A stretch of 64,000 bases of DNA. It comes from Opitutia bacterium (GTDB taxonomy: Bacteria; Verrucomicrobiota; Verrucomicrobiia; Opitutales; UBA953). The position numbers were made by a program, and so were the translations under genes. Below, in pieces: positions 6,936 to 19,303 of this stretch. How positions within the stretch are numbered: position 1 is the first letter of the stretch; every line of letters starts with the position of its first letter. The notes under the pieces were generated by a model. The model was not told the origin of the DNA and made no database searches. It was given only the letters and a program-made list of their open reading frames with translations. Location: the NCBI GenBank assembly GCA_046315175.1, contig JBKDBK010000002.1, positions 4,388 through 68,387 on the forward strand, in the 5' to 3' direction.

Positions 6936-8086
6936 GCCCGCGGCTGCCCTCGGTCGACCTCGTCCGCGCCTTCGCGCTGCTCGGCATCTGCGTGGTCAAC
7001 CTTCCGCAGATGGGAATGGAGTATGGCGACTCGCTCGCCGCCCCCGTCGGCGGCGTCGACCAGGCCGCCCGGCTTTTCGTGGCGACCTTCCTCGAGGCCA
7101 AGTCCTTCCCCGTCTTCGCCTTCCTGCTCGGCTGGGGGCTGGGGGGACAATGGGAGCGCGGCCGCTTCGAGGGGTTCGCCCCGCGCCACCTCCGCCGCTG
7201 CGCCGCCCTCGCCGTCCTCGGCCTCCTGCATGGCGCGCTGGTTTACACCGGCGACATCCTTCTGCCCTACGCCATCCTTTCCCTTCTCGCCTGGCCGCTG
7301 CTGGCGGCCACTCCCCGCACCCTCCTGCGCGTCGCGCTCGCCATGCTCGCCCTCGGCGTGCTCTTCCTGCTCCTTCTGGGATTCACGCTTCGGTTCTTCG
7401 CCGGCTTCGCCGACGACCCCATGCTGCTCAGCCGCTTGGGCGGCACCTTCGCCGAGGCCACCCGCCAGCGCATGGAGGATTTGCCGACCGACTTCTTCTC
7501 CGCGATGCTCTTCAACGGACCCATCGCCCTCGGAGCCCTGCTCGCCGGCGTGGCCGCCGCCAAGTCCCGCTTCCTGGAAGCCCCGGATCTCCTTGCGAGA
7601 ACCCGCGCCCTCCTTCCCCTCCCCCTCGTCCTCGTCCTCGGGATCGGTTTTGCCGCCAATCTCATCTACGGAACGACCATGGCCTTCGCGGGCGCCGAGA
7701 GCCCGGCCGCCTTTCCCGCCTTCGGCGCCGTGGGCGTCGGCTCGCCCATTCTCGCGGCCCTCTGGCTCGTCCTCCTTCTCCGCCTGGCTTCCCGCTGGGA
7801 TGCGCCCGGCTGGCTGATGGCCGCCGGCCGCAACTCCCTCAGCGCCTATGTTTTCCAGGGCGTCGCGGCCGGTTGGGTTTTCGGTTCCTACGGCCTCGGC
7901 CTCTTCGGTCATCTCGGCTTCGCCGGCCTGCTCGCCCTCGCCCTCGGGGTCTGGCTCGCGAGCTGCCTCGTTGCGGCCGCCTGTGAGCGACTCCTCGGGG
8001 CCGGGCCGCTTGAGCACCTGCTCCGGGCGGTCACGGGCCGGCGCCCCCCGGCGCGCCCCCAGCCCCCGCCCTTGCCGGTCGGCTGA
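6932..8086 (+). CDS. DUF418 (YeiB-like) membrane protein
   Basis: GTG 6932 overlaps the upstream stop (GTGA). N-terminus VDLVRAFALLGICVVNLPQMG is typical of YeiB/DUF418. Multiple TM helices. Confidence 0.7.
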   Translation: MSPRLPSVDLVRAFALLGICVVNLPQMGMEYGDSLAAPVGGVDQAARLFVATFLEAKSFPVFAFLLGWGLGGQWERGRFEGFAPRHLRRCAALAVLGLLHGALVYTGDILLPYAILSLLAWPLLAATPRTLLRVALAMLALGVLFLLLLGFTLRFFAGFADDPMLLSRLGGTFAEATRQRMEDLPTDFFSAMLFNGPIALGALLAGVAAAKSRFLEAPDLLARTRALLPLPLVLVLGIGFAANLIYGTTMAFAGAESPAAFPAFGAVGVGSPILAALWLVLLLRLASRWDAPGWLMAAGRNSLSAYVFQGVAAGWVFGSYGLGLFGHLGFAGLLALALGVWLASCLVAAACERLLGAGPLEHLLRAVTGRRPPARPQPPPLPVG

Positions 8087-8097
8087 ATCCGACCCGC

Positions 8098-9570
8098 CTA
8101 GGCCAGCAGGCCCTTGACCAGCTTGCCATGGACGTCGGTCAGGCGGAACTGGCGTCCCTGGTAGCGATACGTCAGCGCCTCGTGGTTGATGCCGCAGAGG
8201 TGGAGGAGCGTCGCCTGCATGTCGTGCACGTGCACCGGATCCTTGGTGATGTTCCAGCCGAAGTCGTCCGTCGCCCCGTGCACATGGCCCTTGCGGACGC
8301 CCCCCCCGGCCAGCCACCAGCTGTAGGCGCGCCCGAAGTGGTCGCGCCCGTTGGGCTTCGCGGTCGGGCCCTGGCCGAAGGGCGTGCGCCCGAACTCCCC
8401 GCCCCAGACGACCAGGGTGTCGTCCAGCATCCCGCGCTGCCTGAGGTCCTTGACCAGCGCGGCGCTCGGCTGGTCGGTGTCCTTGCACTGCACCTCGAGC
8501 TGGGAGAAGAGGTTGTTGTGCTGGTCCCAGCCCGCGTGCATCAGCTGGGTGAACCGCACCCCGCGCTCGGCGAGCCGCCGCGCGATCAGGCAGTTGTTGG
8601 CGAAGGTGCCCGGCACGAGCACATCCGGCCCGTACATCTCCAGGACGGACTTGGGCTCGTTGCGGAAGTCGAGCAGGTCCGGCACCGACGCCTGCATGCG
8701 AAACGCCATCTCGTACTGCGAGATGCGGGTCTCGATGGCCGGGTCGCCGACCGCCCCGAAGTGCGCCCGGTTGAGCGCCTGCATGTCCTCGAGCAGCCGG
8801 CCGCGGGCCTCGCGGCTGACGCCGGCGGGATTGCGCACGTAGGGCACCGGGTCGCCCGAGCCGCTGAAGCGCACGCCCTGGTGTTTCCCGGGCAGGAAGC
8901 CGTTGCCCCAGTAGTGCTCGAAGAACAGCTGGCCGCAGGACTTCGCGCGGTCCGACGAGGTCATGACCACGAACGCGGGCAGGTCGGCGTTCATCGTGCC
9001 CAGGCCATAGGCCAGCCAGGCCCCCATGGAGGGCCGGCCGGGAATCTGCGACCCCGTCATGAAGAAGGTCACACCGGGCGCGTGGTTGACCGCCTCGGTG
9101 TGGAGCGAGCGCACCACGCAGATCTCGTCGGCGATCTCGCCGATGTGGGGGATGAGGTCGCTCAGGCCCATGCCGCTCCGCCCGCGGTTGCGGAAGGGCT
9201 TGAGCGCGGGGACGGCCGGGAAGCTCTTGTAGCCGCTGGACATCGTCGAGAGGCGCGTCTCGCCGCGCACGCTCGCCGGGATGTCCTTCCCCGCGTGCGC
9301 CAGCAGCGCGGGCTTCTCGTCGAAGAGGTCGACATGCGAGGGGCCCCCTCCCTGCCACAGGCAGATGACCCGCTTGGCCTTCGGCGCGAGGTGGGGCAGG
9401 CCGGGCAGGGCGCCCAGCGGGTCGACGGCGGCCTTGCCGCCCGCGAGCAGGTCCTTCGCCAGCAGCGAGGAAAGGGCGACCGTGCCGATGCCCTGGACGG
9501 AGGCGCTGAGGAAGCTGCGGCGCGTCAGGGCGGCGCGCCACTCGGAGGGCGAGAGGAGGGAGGGGTCCAT
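8098..9570 (-). CDS. DUF1501 domain-containing protein (sulfatase-like fold, Tat signal)
   Basis: Twin-arginine N-terminus LTRRSFLSASVQGIGTVAL. 490 aa. Paired with a DUF1553 gene, as is typical in PVC bacteria. Confidence 0.9.
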   Translation of the reverse strand: MDPSLLSPSEWRAALTRRSFLSASVQGIGTVALSSLLAKDLLAGGKAAVDPLGALPGLPHLAPKAKRVICLWQGGGPSHVDLFDEKPALLAHAGKDIPASVRGETRLSTMSSGYKSFPAVPALKPFRNRGRSGMGLSDLIPHIGEIADEICVVRSLHTEAVNHAPGVTFFMTGSQIPGRPSMGAWLAYGLGTMNADLPAFVVMTSSDRAKSCGQLFFEHYWGNGFLPGKHQGVRFSGSGDPVPYVRNPAGVSREARGRLLEDMQALNRAHFGAVGDPAIETRISQYEMAFRMQASVPDLLDFRNEPKSVLEMYGPDVLVPGTFANNCLIARRLAERGVRFTQLMHAGWDQHNNLFSQLEVQCKDTDQPSAALVKDLRQRGMLDDTLVVWGGEFGRTPFGQGPTAKPNGRDHFGRAYSWWLAGGGVRKGHVHGATDDFGWNITKDPVHVHDMQATLLHLCGINHEALTYRYQGRQFRLTDVHGKLVKGLLA

Positions 9571-9571
9571 G

Positions 9572-11878
9572 TCAGTCGCGGGTCTGGGCGGCGTCGAGGT
9601 TGAGGATGCCGAGGCAGGTGGCGGTCAGGGCGGCGTGCTCCGCGGCGGGAAGGGAGGCGTCGCGGGGCACCGTGCCGATGGCGAGCAGCTCGCCCGCCGC
9701 CTTGGCGTCGGCCGCGTACACCGCGCGCTGCCCGGCCAGCATGCGCGCGAGCAGCCCGGCCTCGGCCGCGTCGGGCGCGCGGCCCAGGGCGAGCCGGAAG
9801 GCATGGCTGAGCCGGGTGGCGTCGTCGCCCCCCGCCTTCCAGGCGCGCTCCGCGAGCATCCGCGAGGCCTCGACCCAGGTCGGGTCGTTCATCATGGTGA
9901 GGGCGTGGAGGGGCGAGGCGGTGGGGGTCAGGCGCACGCGGCAGGCCTGGCGCGTCGAGGTGTCGAACAGGTTGACCGGCGCGATGGTGCGTCGCCAGAA
10001 GGTGTAGAGGCTCCGGCGGTGGAGGTCGCGGCCCTTGGACGCCGGGTAGGTGAAGTCGCGTTCCTTCGTGATCGCGAGGCTGGCCCAGGGATTGGGCGGC
10101 ATGTAGGGGTAGACCGGCGCGCCTCCCAGCTCGCGATTGAGCAAGCCGGATGAGGCCAGCGCGAGGTCGCGCAGCACGGGCGAGGGCAGCCGGTAGCGCG
10201 GCGCCCGGGCGAGCAGCCGGTTTTCCGGGTCCTTGGCCAGGTGCTCCGGTGTCACCTTGCTCGACTGCCGGTAGGTGCGGCTGGTCACCATCAGGCGCTG
10301 CAGGGCCTTGGTCTTCCAGCCCGACTCGCGGAACTCCACCGCCAGCCAGTCGAGCAGCTCGGGATGGGTCGGCAGCTCGGCCTGCACGCCGAGGTCCTCG
10401 GACGTCCGCACGATGCCTTGGCCGAAGAAATGCTGCCACTGCCGGTTCACCTGCACGCGCGCGACCAGGGGATTGGCGGGGTCGAACATCCAGCGCGCCA
10501 GGCCGAGCCGATTCGAGGCCGCGCCGGCGGGCAGCGGGGGCAGGAAGGCGGGGGTGCCGAAGGGGACCTTCTCCCTGGGCATGCTGTAGTCGCCTCGGTC
10601 GAGCCGGTGCGTGTCGCGGCGCTTCGCGTCGCTCATGACCATGACCTTGGCGACGGACTTGCGGAGCGCGTCCAGGCGGCCCTTGGCGTCCTTGTCGCCC
10701 GCCTTTGCCAGCGGCTCCAGCCGGGCGATCTCCGCCTCCTCGGCCGCCGTGGGCACGTCGAGCACCGGCGTGTCCAGTCGGAATCGACCGTTGTTCAGGT
10801 GGGGCACGCCCTTCTCCGGCACCTGGTTGAACGCGGCGAGGAAGCCGTAGTAGTCCCGCATCGTGATCGGGTCGTACTTGTGGTCGTGGCACTGGGCGCA
10901 GGACACGGTGAGCCCGAGCCAGGTCGTCGCCGTGGTGTCGACCCGGTCGAAGAGGCTGACGAACCGCTGCTCCTCCTCGATGTTGCCGCCCTCGCCGTTG
11001 AGGATGTGGTTGCGGTTGAAGGCCGTGGCGAGGATCTGCTCGCGCGTCGCCCCGGGAAGCAGGTCGCCCGCCAGCATCTCCGTGCTCAGCTGGTCAAAGG
11101 GCTTGTCCGCGTTGAGCTGCCGCACCAGCCAGTCGCGCCAGACCCACTGGTGCGTGTCACCGTCCTGCTGGAAGCCGTTGCTGTCCGCGTACCGCGCGGC
11201 GTCCAGCCAGGGCAGGGCCATGCGCTCGCCGTAGTGCGGCGAGGCCAGCAGGCGGTCGACCTGGCGCTCGTAGGCCCCCGGGGCCTTGTCCGCCACGAAC
11301 GCGGCGGTCTCCTCCGGGGTCGGCGGGAGGCCGGTCAGGTCGAGCGACAGCCGTCGGAGCAGGGTCTCGCGCGAGGCCTCCGGCGACCAGCCTAGCCCGG
11401 CCTTGCGCAGCCGGGCGCCCACGAACGCGTCGATCGGGTTCGCCTCCCCGACCTCGGGGGGCTTGGGGCGGACCGGGGCGACGTACGCCCAGTGGTCGCG
11501 GTAGACCGCGCCCTCGGCGATCCAGCGCCTCAGGGTCGCGCGCTGCTCGGGTGTGACCGTCCGATGGGAGTCCGGCGGCGGCATGATGTCGTCGGGATCC
11601 GTGGTCTCGAGGCGCCGGATGATCTCGCTCGCGTCCGGGTCGCCCGGCACGATGGCCTTGGCCGCGACGGCGGCGTCCCGCACATCCAGCCGGAGGTCGG
11701 CCTCGCGCTTCGCCCCGTCGGGGCCGTGGCAGTAGAGGCAGTTCTCCGAGATGATGGGCCGGACCTCCGTGTTGAAGTCCACGGGTAGCTTCGCCTCGCC
11801 GCACGAGGACAGGCCGGCGGCGGCCACCCCGGCAAGGATGGCCGCAACGCTGGACTTGGCCAAGGCGGGGCGGGGCAC
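9572..11878 (-). CDS. PSCyt (planctomycete cytochrome c) / DUF1549 / DUF1553 domain protein
   Basis: N-terminal heme-binding motif CLYCHG followed by DLRLD. 768 aa with the DUF1549 and DUF1553 architecture. Stop lies 1 nt before the DUF1501 start. Confidence 0.9.
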   Translation of the reverse strand: MPRPALAKSSVAAILAGVAAAGLSSCGEAKLPVDFNTEVRPIISENCLYCHGPDGAKREADLRLDVRDAAVAAKAIVPGDPDASEIIRRLETTDPDDIMPPPDSHRTVTPEQRATLRRWIAEGAVYRDHWAYVAPVRPKPPEVGEANPIDAFVGARLRKAGLGWSPEASRETLLRRLSLDLTGLPPTPEETAAFVADKAPGAYERQVDRLLASPHYGERMALPWLDAARYADSNGFQQDGDTHQWVWRDWLVRQLNADKPFDQLSTEMLAGDLLPGATREQILATAFNRNHILNGEGGNIEEEQRFVSLFDRVDTTATTWLGLTVSCAQCHDHKYDPITMRDYYGFLAAFNQVPEKGVPHLNNGRFRLDTPVLDVPTAAEEAEIARLEPLAKAGDKDAKGRLDALRKSVAKVMVMSDAKRRDTHRLDRGDYSMPREKVPFGTPAFLPPLPAGAASNRLGLARWMFDPANPLVARVQVNRQWQHFFGQGIVRTSEDLGVQAELPTHPELLDWLAVEFRESGWKTKALQRLMVTSRTYRQSSKVTPEHLAKDPENRLLARAPRYRLPSPVLRDLALASSGLLNRELGGAPVYPYMPPNPWASLAITKERDFTYPASKGRDLHRRSLYTFWRRTIAPVNLFDTSTRQACRVRLTPTASPLHALTMMNDPTWVEASRMLAERAWKAGGDDATRLSHAFRLALGRAPDAAEAGLLARMLAGQRAVYAADAKAAGELLAIGTVPRDASLPAAEHAALTATCLGILNLDAAQTRD

Positions 11879-11924
11879 GCCGTTTCAGACAGGCCGATGG
11901 CGGCCAGGTTTCAGCCCTTCTCGC

Positions 11925-12608
11925 TCAGAAGCTGTAGCCGACCGAGAGCTTGATGACTGGGAAGAGGTTGAGCTTGTCCAGGTCGTCGCGCAGCTCGGCG
12001 GCCTCGCGATCGAGGATGCCTGGGTCCTCGTCCAGCGCCAGATCCAAGGCGCCGCCGGGGATGGTGGTCGGGCTGACGCCGATGTCGGGGCTGCCGAGCT
12101 CCAAGCCGATGTCCAGCGCCACGGTGAAGCCGTCGCGGGCCAGGCCCCAGCCGATTCCCAGGTAGGGTCGCGCGCTGTAATCTACGGATCCAGTCACACT
12201 TTCGCCGGGATCGACGACCACGGAGCCGCCCCCGAGATCGAGGGCCGCGCCGGTGCCGCGTGCGGTCAGCTTGGCCAGGCTGTGGTTGGAGAAGTTGACC
12301 CCCGCGGTTAGCCGAAAGGACCCGGCGAAGGGCTTGTAGTCGAGAAAGACTCCCTGGGTGGCGAGCTCCAGGTCGCCCTCCCACTCGATGCCCGACTCGG
12401 TCACGGTGTCGTCGTAGCTGAGGCTCGCGATCTCGCCGCGCACGGAGAAGTTGTCGTTGATGTGGTAGCCGACGCCGGCGCCGATGCCGCCGGTGCCGCC
12501 GACCGCGTAGACGAGGATGCCGAGGTCTTGGCGCCCCGGCTCAGGGGCGGCATGAACGGCCGCGGCGACGAGGGTGGTGAGGGCGATGACGGGGATTTTC
12601 ATCCCCAT
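11925..12608 (-). CDS. outer-membrane beta-barrel protein
   Basis: Signal peptide MKIPVIALTTLVAAAVHA. Alternating amphipathic strands and a C-terminal aromatic residue (...LSVGYSF). Start is ambiguous (12629, 12608 or 12602). Confidence 0.6.
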   Translation of the reverse strand: MGMKIPVIALTTLVAAAVHAAPEPGRQDLGILVYAVGGTGGIGAGVGYHINDNFSVRGEIASLSYDDTVTESGIEWEGDLELATQGVFLDYKPFAGSFRLTAGVNFSNHSLAKLTARGTGAALDLGGGSVVVDPGESVTGSVDYSARPYLGIGWGLARDGFTVALDIGLELGSPDIGVSPTTIPGGALDLALDEDPGILDREAAELRDDLDKLNLFPVIKLSVGYSF

Positions 12609-12648
12609 CACCCTAGTCGAGATCACCATTCTGGGTCAACGGACTGTT

Positions 12649-12968
12649 TTAGGCCGAGGGGTCGAAGCCGTGGGTGGAGAGGAAATCCTCCACCGACCTG
12701 CTCAGGCCTGGGCGCATGGCGGCCGGGACGGGTTTGGACGCCTCCGCGGCGCAGCTCAGGTAGCCGAGCTTGCGGCGGCCGTCAGCATCCACGCCTCGGG
12801 CCTCGGTCCAGCGCTGGAGGATGGCGGCGGCGCGCGCCCACTCGGGCCAATCCTGACCCGCGGCGTCCGCGGCCTCCACGAGGGCGCAGAGCGGGAGGTC
12901 GCCGAGCAGGCGCAGGGCGGCGTCGGCGTCGGCCTCTCCGACGGCGCCGACCAGCTTGGCCCGGTCGC

Positions 12969-12972
<4 letters not shown>
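12649..12972 (-). CDS. hypothetical protein, translationally coupled to metH
   Basis: ATG 12972 overlaps the metH stop (ATGA). 107 aa with GC3-rich codons. I recognise no motif. Confidence 0.5.
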
Positions 12973-16658
<3,686 letters not shown>

Positions 16659-16742
16659 CCCCTCCACCCTGCCCAGCCTCCCGCCACCGTCAAGGAGGGG
16701 ATGGGACATAGGGGGATGAGGTGGATAGGATAATGGGCTTGG

Positions 16743-16765
16743 GTAAGGACTGCTCACCGAGACGT
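16743..16765 (+). repeat. degenerate REP-like element (gtaaggactgctcaccgagacgt) in the metH leader
   Basis: Resembles the GTAG-hairpin consensus but with a degenerated stem. Inverted relative to the intact copy at 16782..16806. Confidence 0.55.
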
Positions 16766-16781
16766 TCGACCAAAGGCATGC

Positions 16782-16806
16782 GGACGCCTCGGTGAGGCGT
16801 CCCTAC
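16782..16806 (-). repeat. REP-like element on the minus strand (gtagggacgcctc-acc-gaggcgtcc) between rsmG and metH
   Basis: Plus strand reads ggacgcctcggtgaggcgtccctac. 9-bp stem and ACC loop on the minus strand, with a GTAG prefix. Confidence 0.75.
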
Positions 16807-16841
16807 CCATGGAAAACCCACCACAAAAAGATGCGTCGCCC

Positions 16842-17510
16842 TCAGGGATTTGGATTCGGCGGCTTTTTCGCCCGGACGAGGTCCTGGGCGCGGTAGAGCA
16901 CGAGGCGCTTCTGGAAGAACTTCTCGTCGCCGCCGAGCAGGGGCTGGAGCTCGAGCGTGTGGCTGGGCTTGATGCCGAGGCCGGCGAACTCCGTCTCGGC
17001 GTCGCCGCCCTGCCAGTAAAGGATGCCGTTGGGCAGGGAGTGCTTGGCGCCCTGGCGGACGAGCTGGCGGGTGTGGGCCACGAACTCGGGCATGCTCGCC
17101 ACGGCGCGGCCGGTGACGAAGTCGTGCTCGTGGCGGAGCGTCTCGGCGCGGGCGTTGCGCACCTCGACGTTCCTGAGGCCGAGCCGCTTGGCGATGTCCT
17201 CCACGCAGGCCACCTTCTTGCCCACCGAGTCGACCAGCGTGACGTGCGCCTGGGGGTAGAGCACGGCGAGGATCAGGCCCGGGAAGCCGCCGCCCGTCCC
17301 CACGTCGATCACCCGGGCTCCGTTCATCAGCTTGAGGAAGCGGACGGCTGCGACGCAGGGCGCGTAGTGGTGCCACTCGAGGTTCTCGATGTCCTTGCGC
17401 GAGACCAGGTTGACCTTCTCGTTCCATTCCCGGTGCAGGGCGGCCATCGCCCTCAGCTTGTCCCATGCCTCGGCGGGCACCTCGGGGAAGATGGGGATCA
17501 TGCGGTCCAT
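16842..17510 (-). CDS. rsmG: 16S rRNA (guanine527-N7)-methyltransferase
   Basis: GidB/RsmG pattern WNEKVNLVS...VIDVGTGGGFPGLILAV. Confidence 0.9.
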   Translation of the reverse strand: MDRMIPIFPEVPAEAWDKLRAMAALHREWNEKVNLVSRKDIENLEWHHYAPCVAAVRFLKLMNGARVIDVGTGGGFPGLILAVLYPQAHVTLVDSVGKKVACVEDIAKRLGLRNVEVRNARAETLRHEHDFVTGRAVASMPEFVAHTRQLVRQGAKHSLPNGILYWQGGDAETEFAGLGIKPSHTLELQPLLGGDEKFFQKRLVLYRAQDLVRAKKPPNPNP

Positions 17511-17725
17511 GGGAGCTAAAGGCTGTGGCGGAGGATACGGAGGTGGCGGAGGAAGAGACGAGGGTCAACCTTGCGCCGACCGCTGGCTCCGGCGCGACCC
17601 CTAACTGCGATGCCGAGGCCAGGGAGCCAAGCCTCCTGCTTGGGTTCGCGCTCGCCTCCGCTCCTTCCTTGGATGTTCTCTCTCCCAATCCTCCGCCCCC
17701 TCCGCCCCCTCTTCCCACCCAAACC

Positions 17726-18022
17726 ATGCTCTCCCACGTCGTCCTCTTCTGGCTCAAGCCCGACCTCACCGTCGCCCAGCGCGCCGAGTTCGAGACGCGT
17801 CTCCGCGCCCTCGGCGCCATCCCGGGCCTGGCCAAGTTCCACGTCGGCACCCCCGCCTCGACCGATCGGTCGGTCATCGACCGCACCTACTCCTTCGGCC
17901 TCAACCTCGTCTTCCCCGACATGGCCGCGCACGACGCCTACCAGGTCCACCCGACCCACCAGGCCTTTGTCGACAACTGCAAGGCCTTCTGGACGAAGGT
18001 CCTGATCTACGACTTCGACTGA
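17726..18022 (+). CDS. Dabb (stress-responsive alpha/beta barrel) family protein
   Basis: MLSHVVLFWLKPDLT...HPTHQAFV... About 98 aa, a typical Dabb domain. The upstream part of ORF 17465.. is non-coding-like. Confidence 0.8.
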   Translation: MLSHVVLFWLKPDLTVAQRAEFETRLRALGAIPGLAKFHVGTPASTDRSVIDRTYSFGLNLVFPDMAAHDAYQVHPTHQAFVDNCKAFWTKVLIYDFD

Positions 18023-18025
18023 GGC

Positions 18026-18484
18026 TCAGCTGGCCGACCGGCAGCGCCAGATTCCCACGCCCAGGATAAGTAGGATGCCAAGCGCCAGGCAGGGCGTGCC
18101 GACATGGAAGGTGACCAGGTTCATCGCCCCCTTGGCGATGCTCGAGAGGATGTCGCTCACCCAACCCGGCATCTCGACGCTGCTCTTCCCGCCGAGGGAG
18201 ACCATGGACAGGAAGGTGGCGAGGACTCCCGCCGCCGACCACACGAACCAGCGGGTGCGTCCGAGCACGGCCAGCGCCAGGGTGGCGGCGGCGAGGGCGA
18301 CCAGCACGTATACCCGCGGCTCCGAGACCAGGCTGAAGGTCACCGTCTTCGCCAAGGGGCCGATGCCCACGCTGGCCAGGGGAGCCGTCGCCCCGATGGC
18401 CAGCAGCACGGCCCCGACGCCGCCGATGATTCGGGCAAGCTGGTGGTTGCGGTCGGCCGAGGGCGGGAAGGCGAGGGGGCTCAT
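18026..18484 (-). CDS. hypothetical membrane protein
   Basis: Four hydrophobic helices and GC3-rich codons. Start chosen at MSPLAFPP. No recognised family. Confidence 0.55.
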   Translation of the reverse strand: MSPLAFPPSADRNHQLARIIGGVGAVLLAIGATAPLASVGIGPLAKTVTFSLVSEPRVYVLVALAAATLALAVLGRTRWFVWSAAGVLATFLSMVSLGGKSSVEMPGWVSDILSSIAKGAMNLVTFHVGTPCLALGILLILGVGIWRCRSAS

Positions 18485-18544
18485 GTCGGGGAGACTGACG
18501 CCCTTGCCACCGCTTCGCCAGCCTTGGAATGCGCCGTCGACCGA

Positions 18545-18568
18545 CAAAAAACCCCGCCTTGGGCGGGG
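18545..18568 (-). terminator. intrinsic terminator downstream of rpmA
   Basis: Minus strand reads ccccgcc-caa-ggcgggg followed by TTTTTTGTC, directly after the rpmA stop (18591). Confidence 0.8.
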
Positions 18569-18590
18569 TTTGTCAAAGCCTGGGGCTTTC

Positions 18591-18857
18591 TCAGATGCCG
18601 CAGCTGGCGTTGGCCGTGGGGACGACCTGCACCGAGCGGTGCTCGCGGTCCCACTTCACGATGCCATCCTTGAGCGCGAACAGGGTGTGGTCGCGGCCCA
18701 TGCCGACGTTGCGGCCCGCGCGCATCTTGGTGCCGCGCTGGCGGAGGAGGATGGAGCCCGCGGAGGCGAACTCGCCGCCGTAGAGCTTCACGCCGAGACG
18801 CTTGGAGGTGGAGTCGCGGCCGTTGGAGGAGGTGCCGCCGCCTTTCTTCGTTGCCAT
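18591..18857 (-). CDS. rpmA: 50S ribosomal protein L27
   Basis: [35 protein letters not shown], the canonical L27 sequence. Confidence 0.97.
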   Translation of the reverse strand: MATKKGGGTSSNGRDSTSKRLGVKLYGGEFASAGSILLRQRGTKMRAGRNVGMGRDHTLFALKDGIVKWDREHRSVQVVPTANASCGI

Positions 18858-18884
18858 GGCAGTTCAGTGAGGGGTTGGGAAGGT

Positions 18885-19199
18885 TCAGCCCTGGATGGAC
18901 TCGATCTTGACGACCGAGAGCTCCTGGCGGTGGCCGCGGCGGCGGTAGTAGTTCTTGCGGCGACGGTGCTTGAAGATGCGGATCTTCTCGCCGCGCTTGT
19001 TCTCAAGGAGCTTGGCCGTGACCTTGGCGCCCGCGACGGTCGGGGTGCCGACCTTGGCGCCCGCGCCCTCGCCGAGGAAGACCACCTGGTCGAAGGTGAT
19101 GGTGTCACCCTCCTTCGACTCCGGGAGGAGGTTGATGGTGAGGATGTCGCCTTGCTTGACGGTGAACTGGCGACCGGAGGTTAGAATCGTGGCCTTCAT
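18885..19199 (-). CDS. rplU: 50S ribosomal protein L21
   Basis: MKATILTSGRQFTVKQGD...KIRIFKHRRRKNYYRRRGHRQ. Lies upstream of rpmA. Confidence 0.95.
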   Translation of the reverse strand: MKATILTSGRQFTVKQGDILTINLLPESKEGDTITFDQVVFLGEGAGAKVGTPTVAGAKVTAKLLENKRGEKIRIFKHRRRKNYYRRRGHRQELSVVKIESIQG

Positions 19200-19303
19200 G
19201 GCGGGCGGAAGGTCGGAGCAAAGGAACCCCGGCTGGCTTGGCAAGGGGTTTTTTGCCTAGGTTTTCGCCTTGGAGCCCCCGTTGCGGCCTTCACCCTAGG
19301 TTC

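Noticed and set aside
16659-16841. A cobalamin, SAM or SAH riboswitch upstream of metH.
   Set aside because: I could not find a B12-box-like core or the conserved SAH/SAM motifs by eye. The only structure present is explained by the REP-like doublet. A covariance-model scan is needed for certainty.
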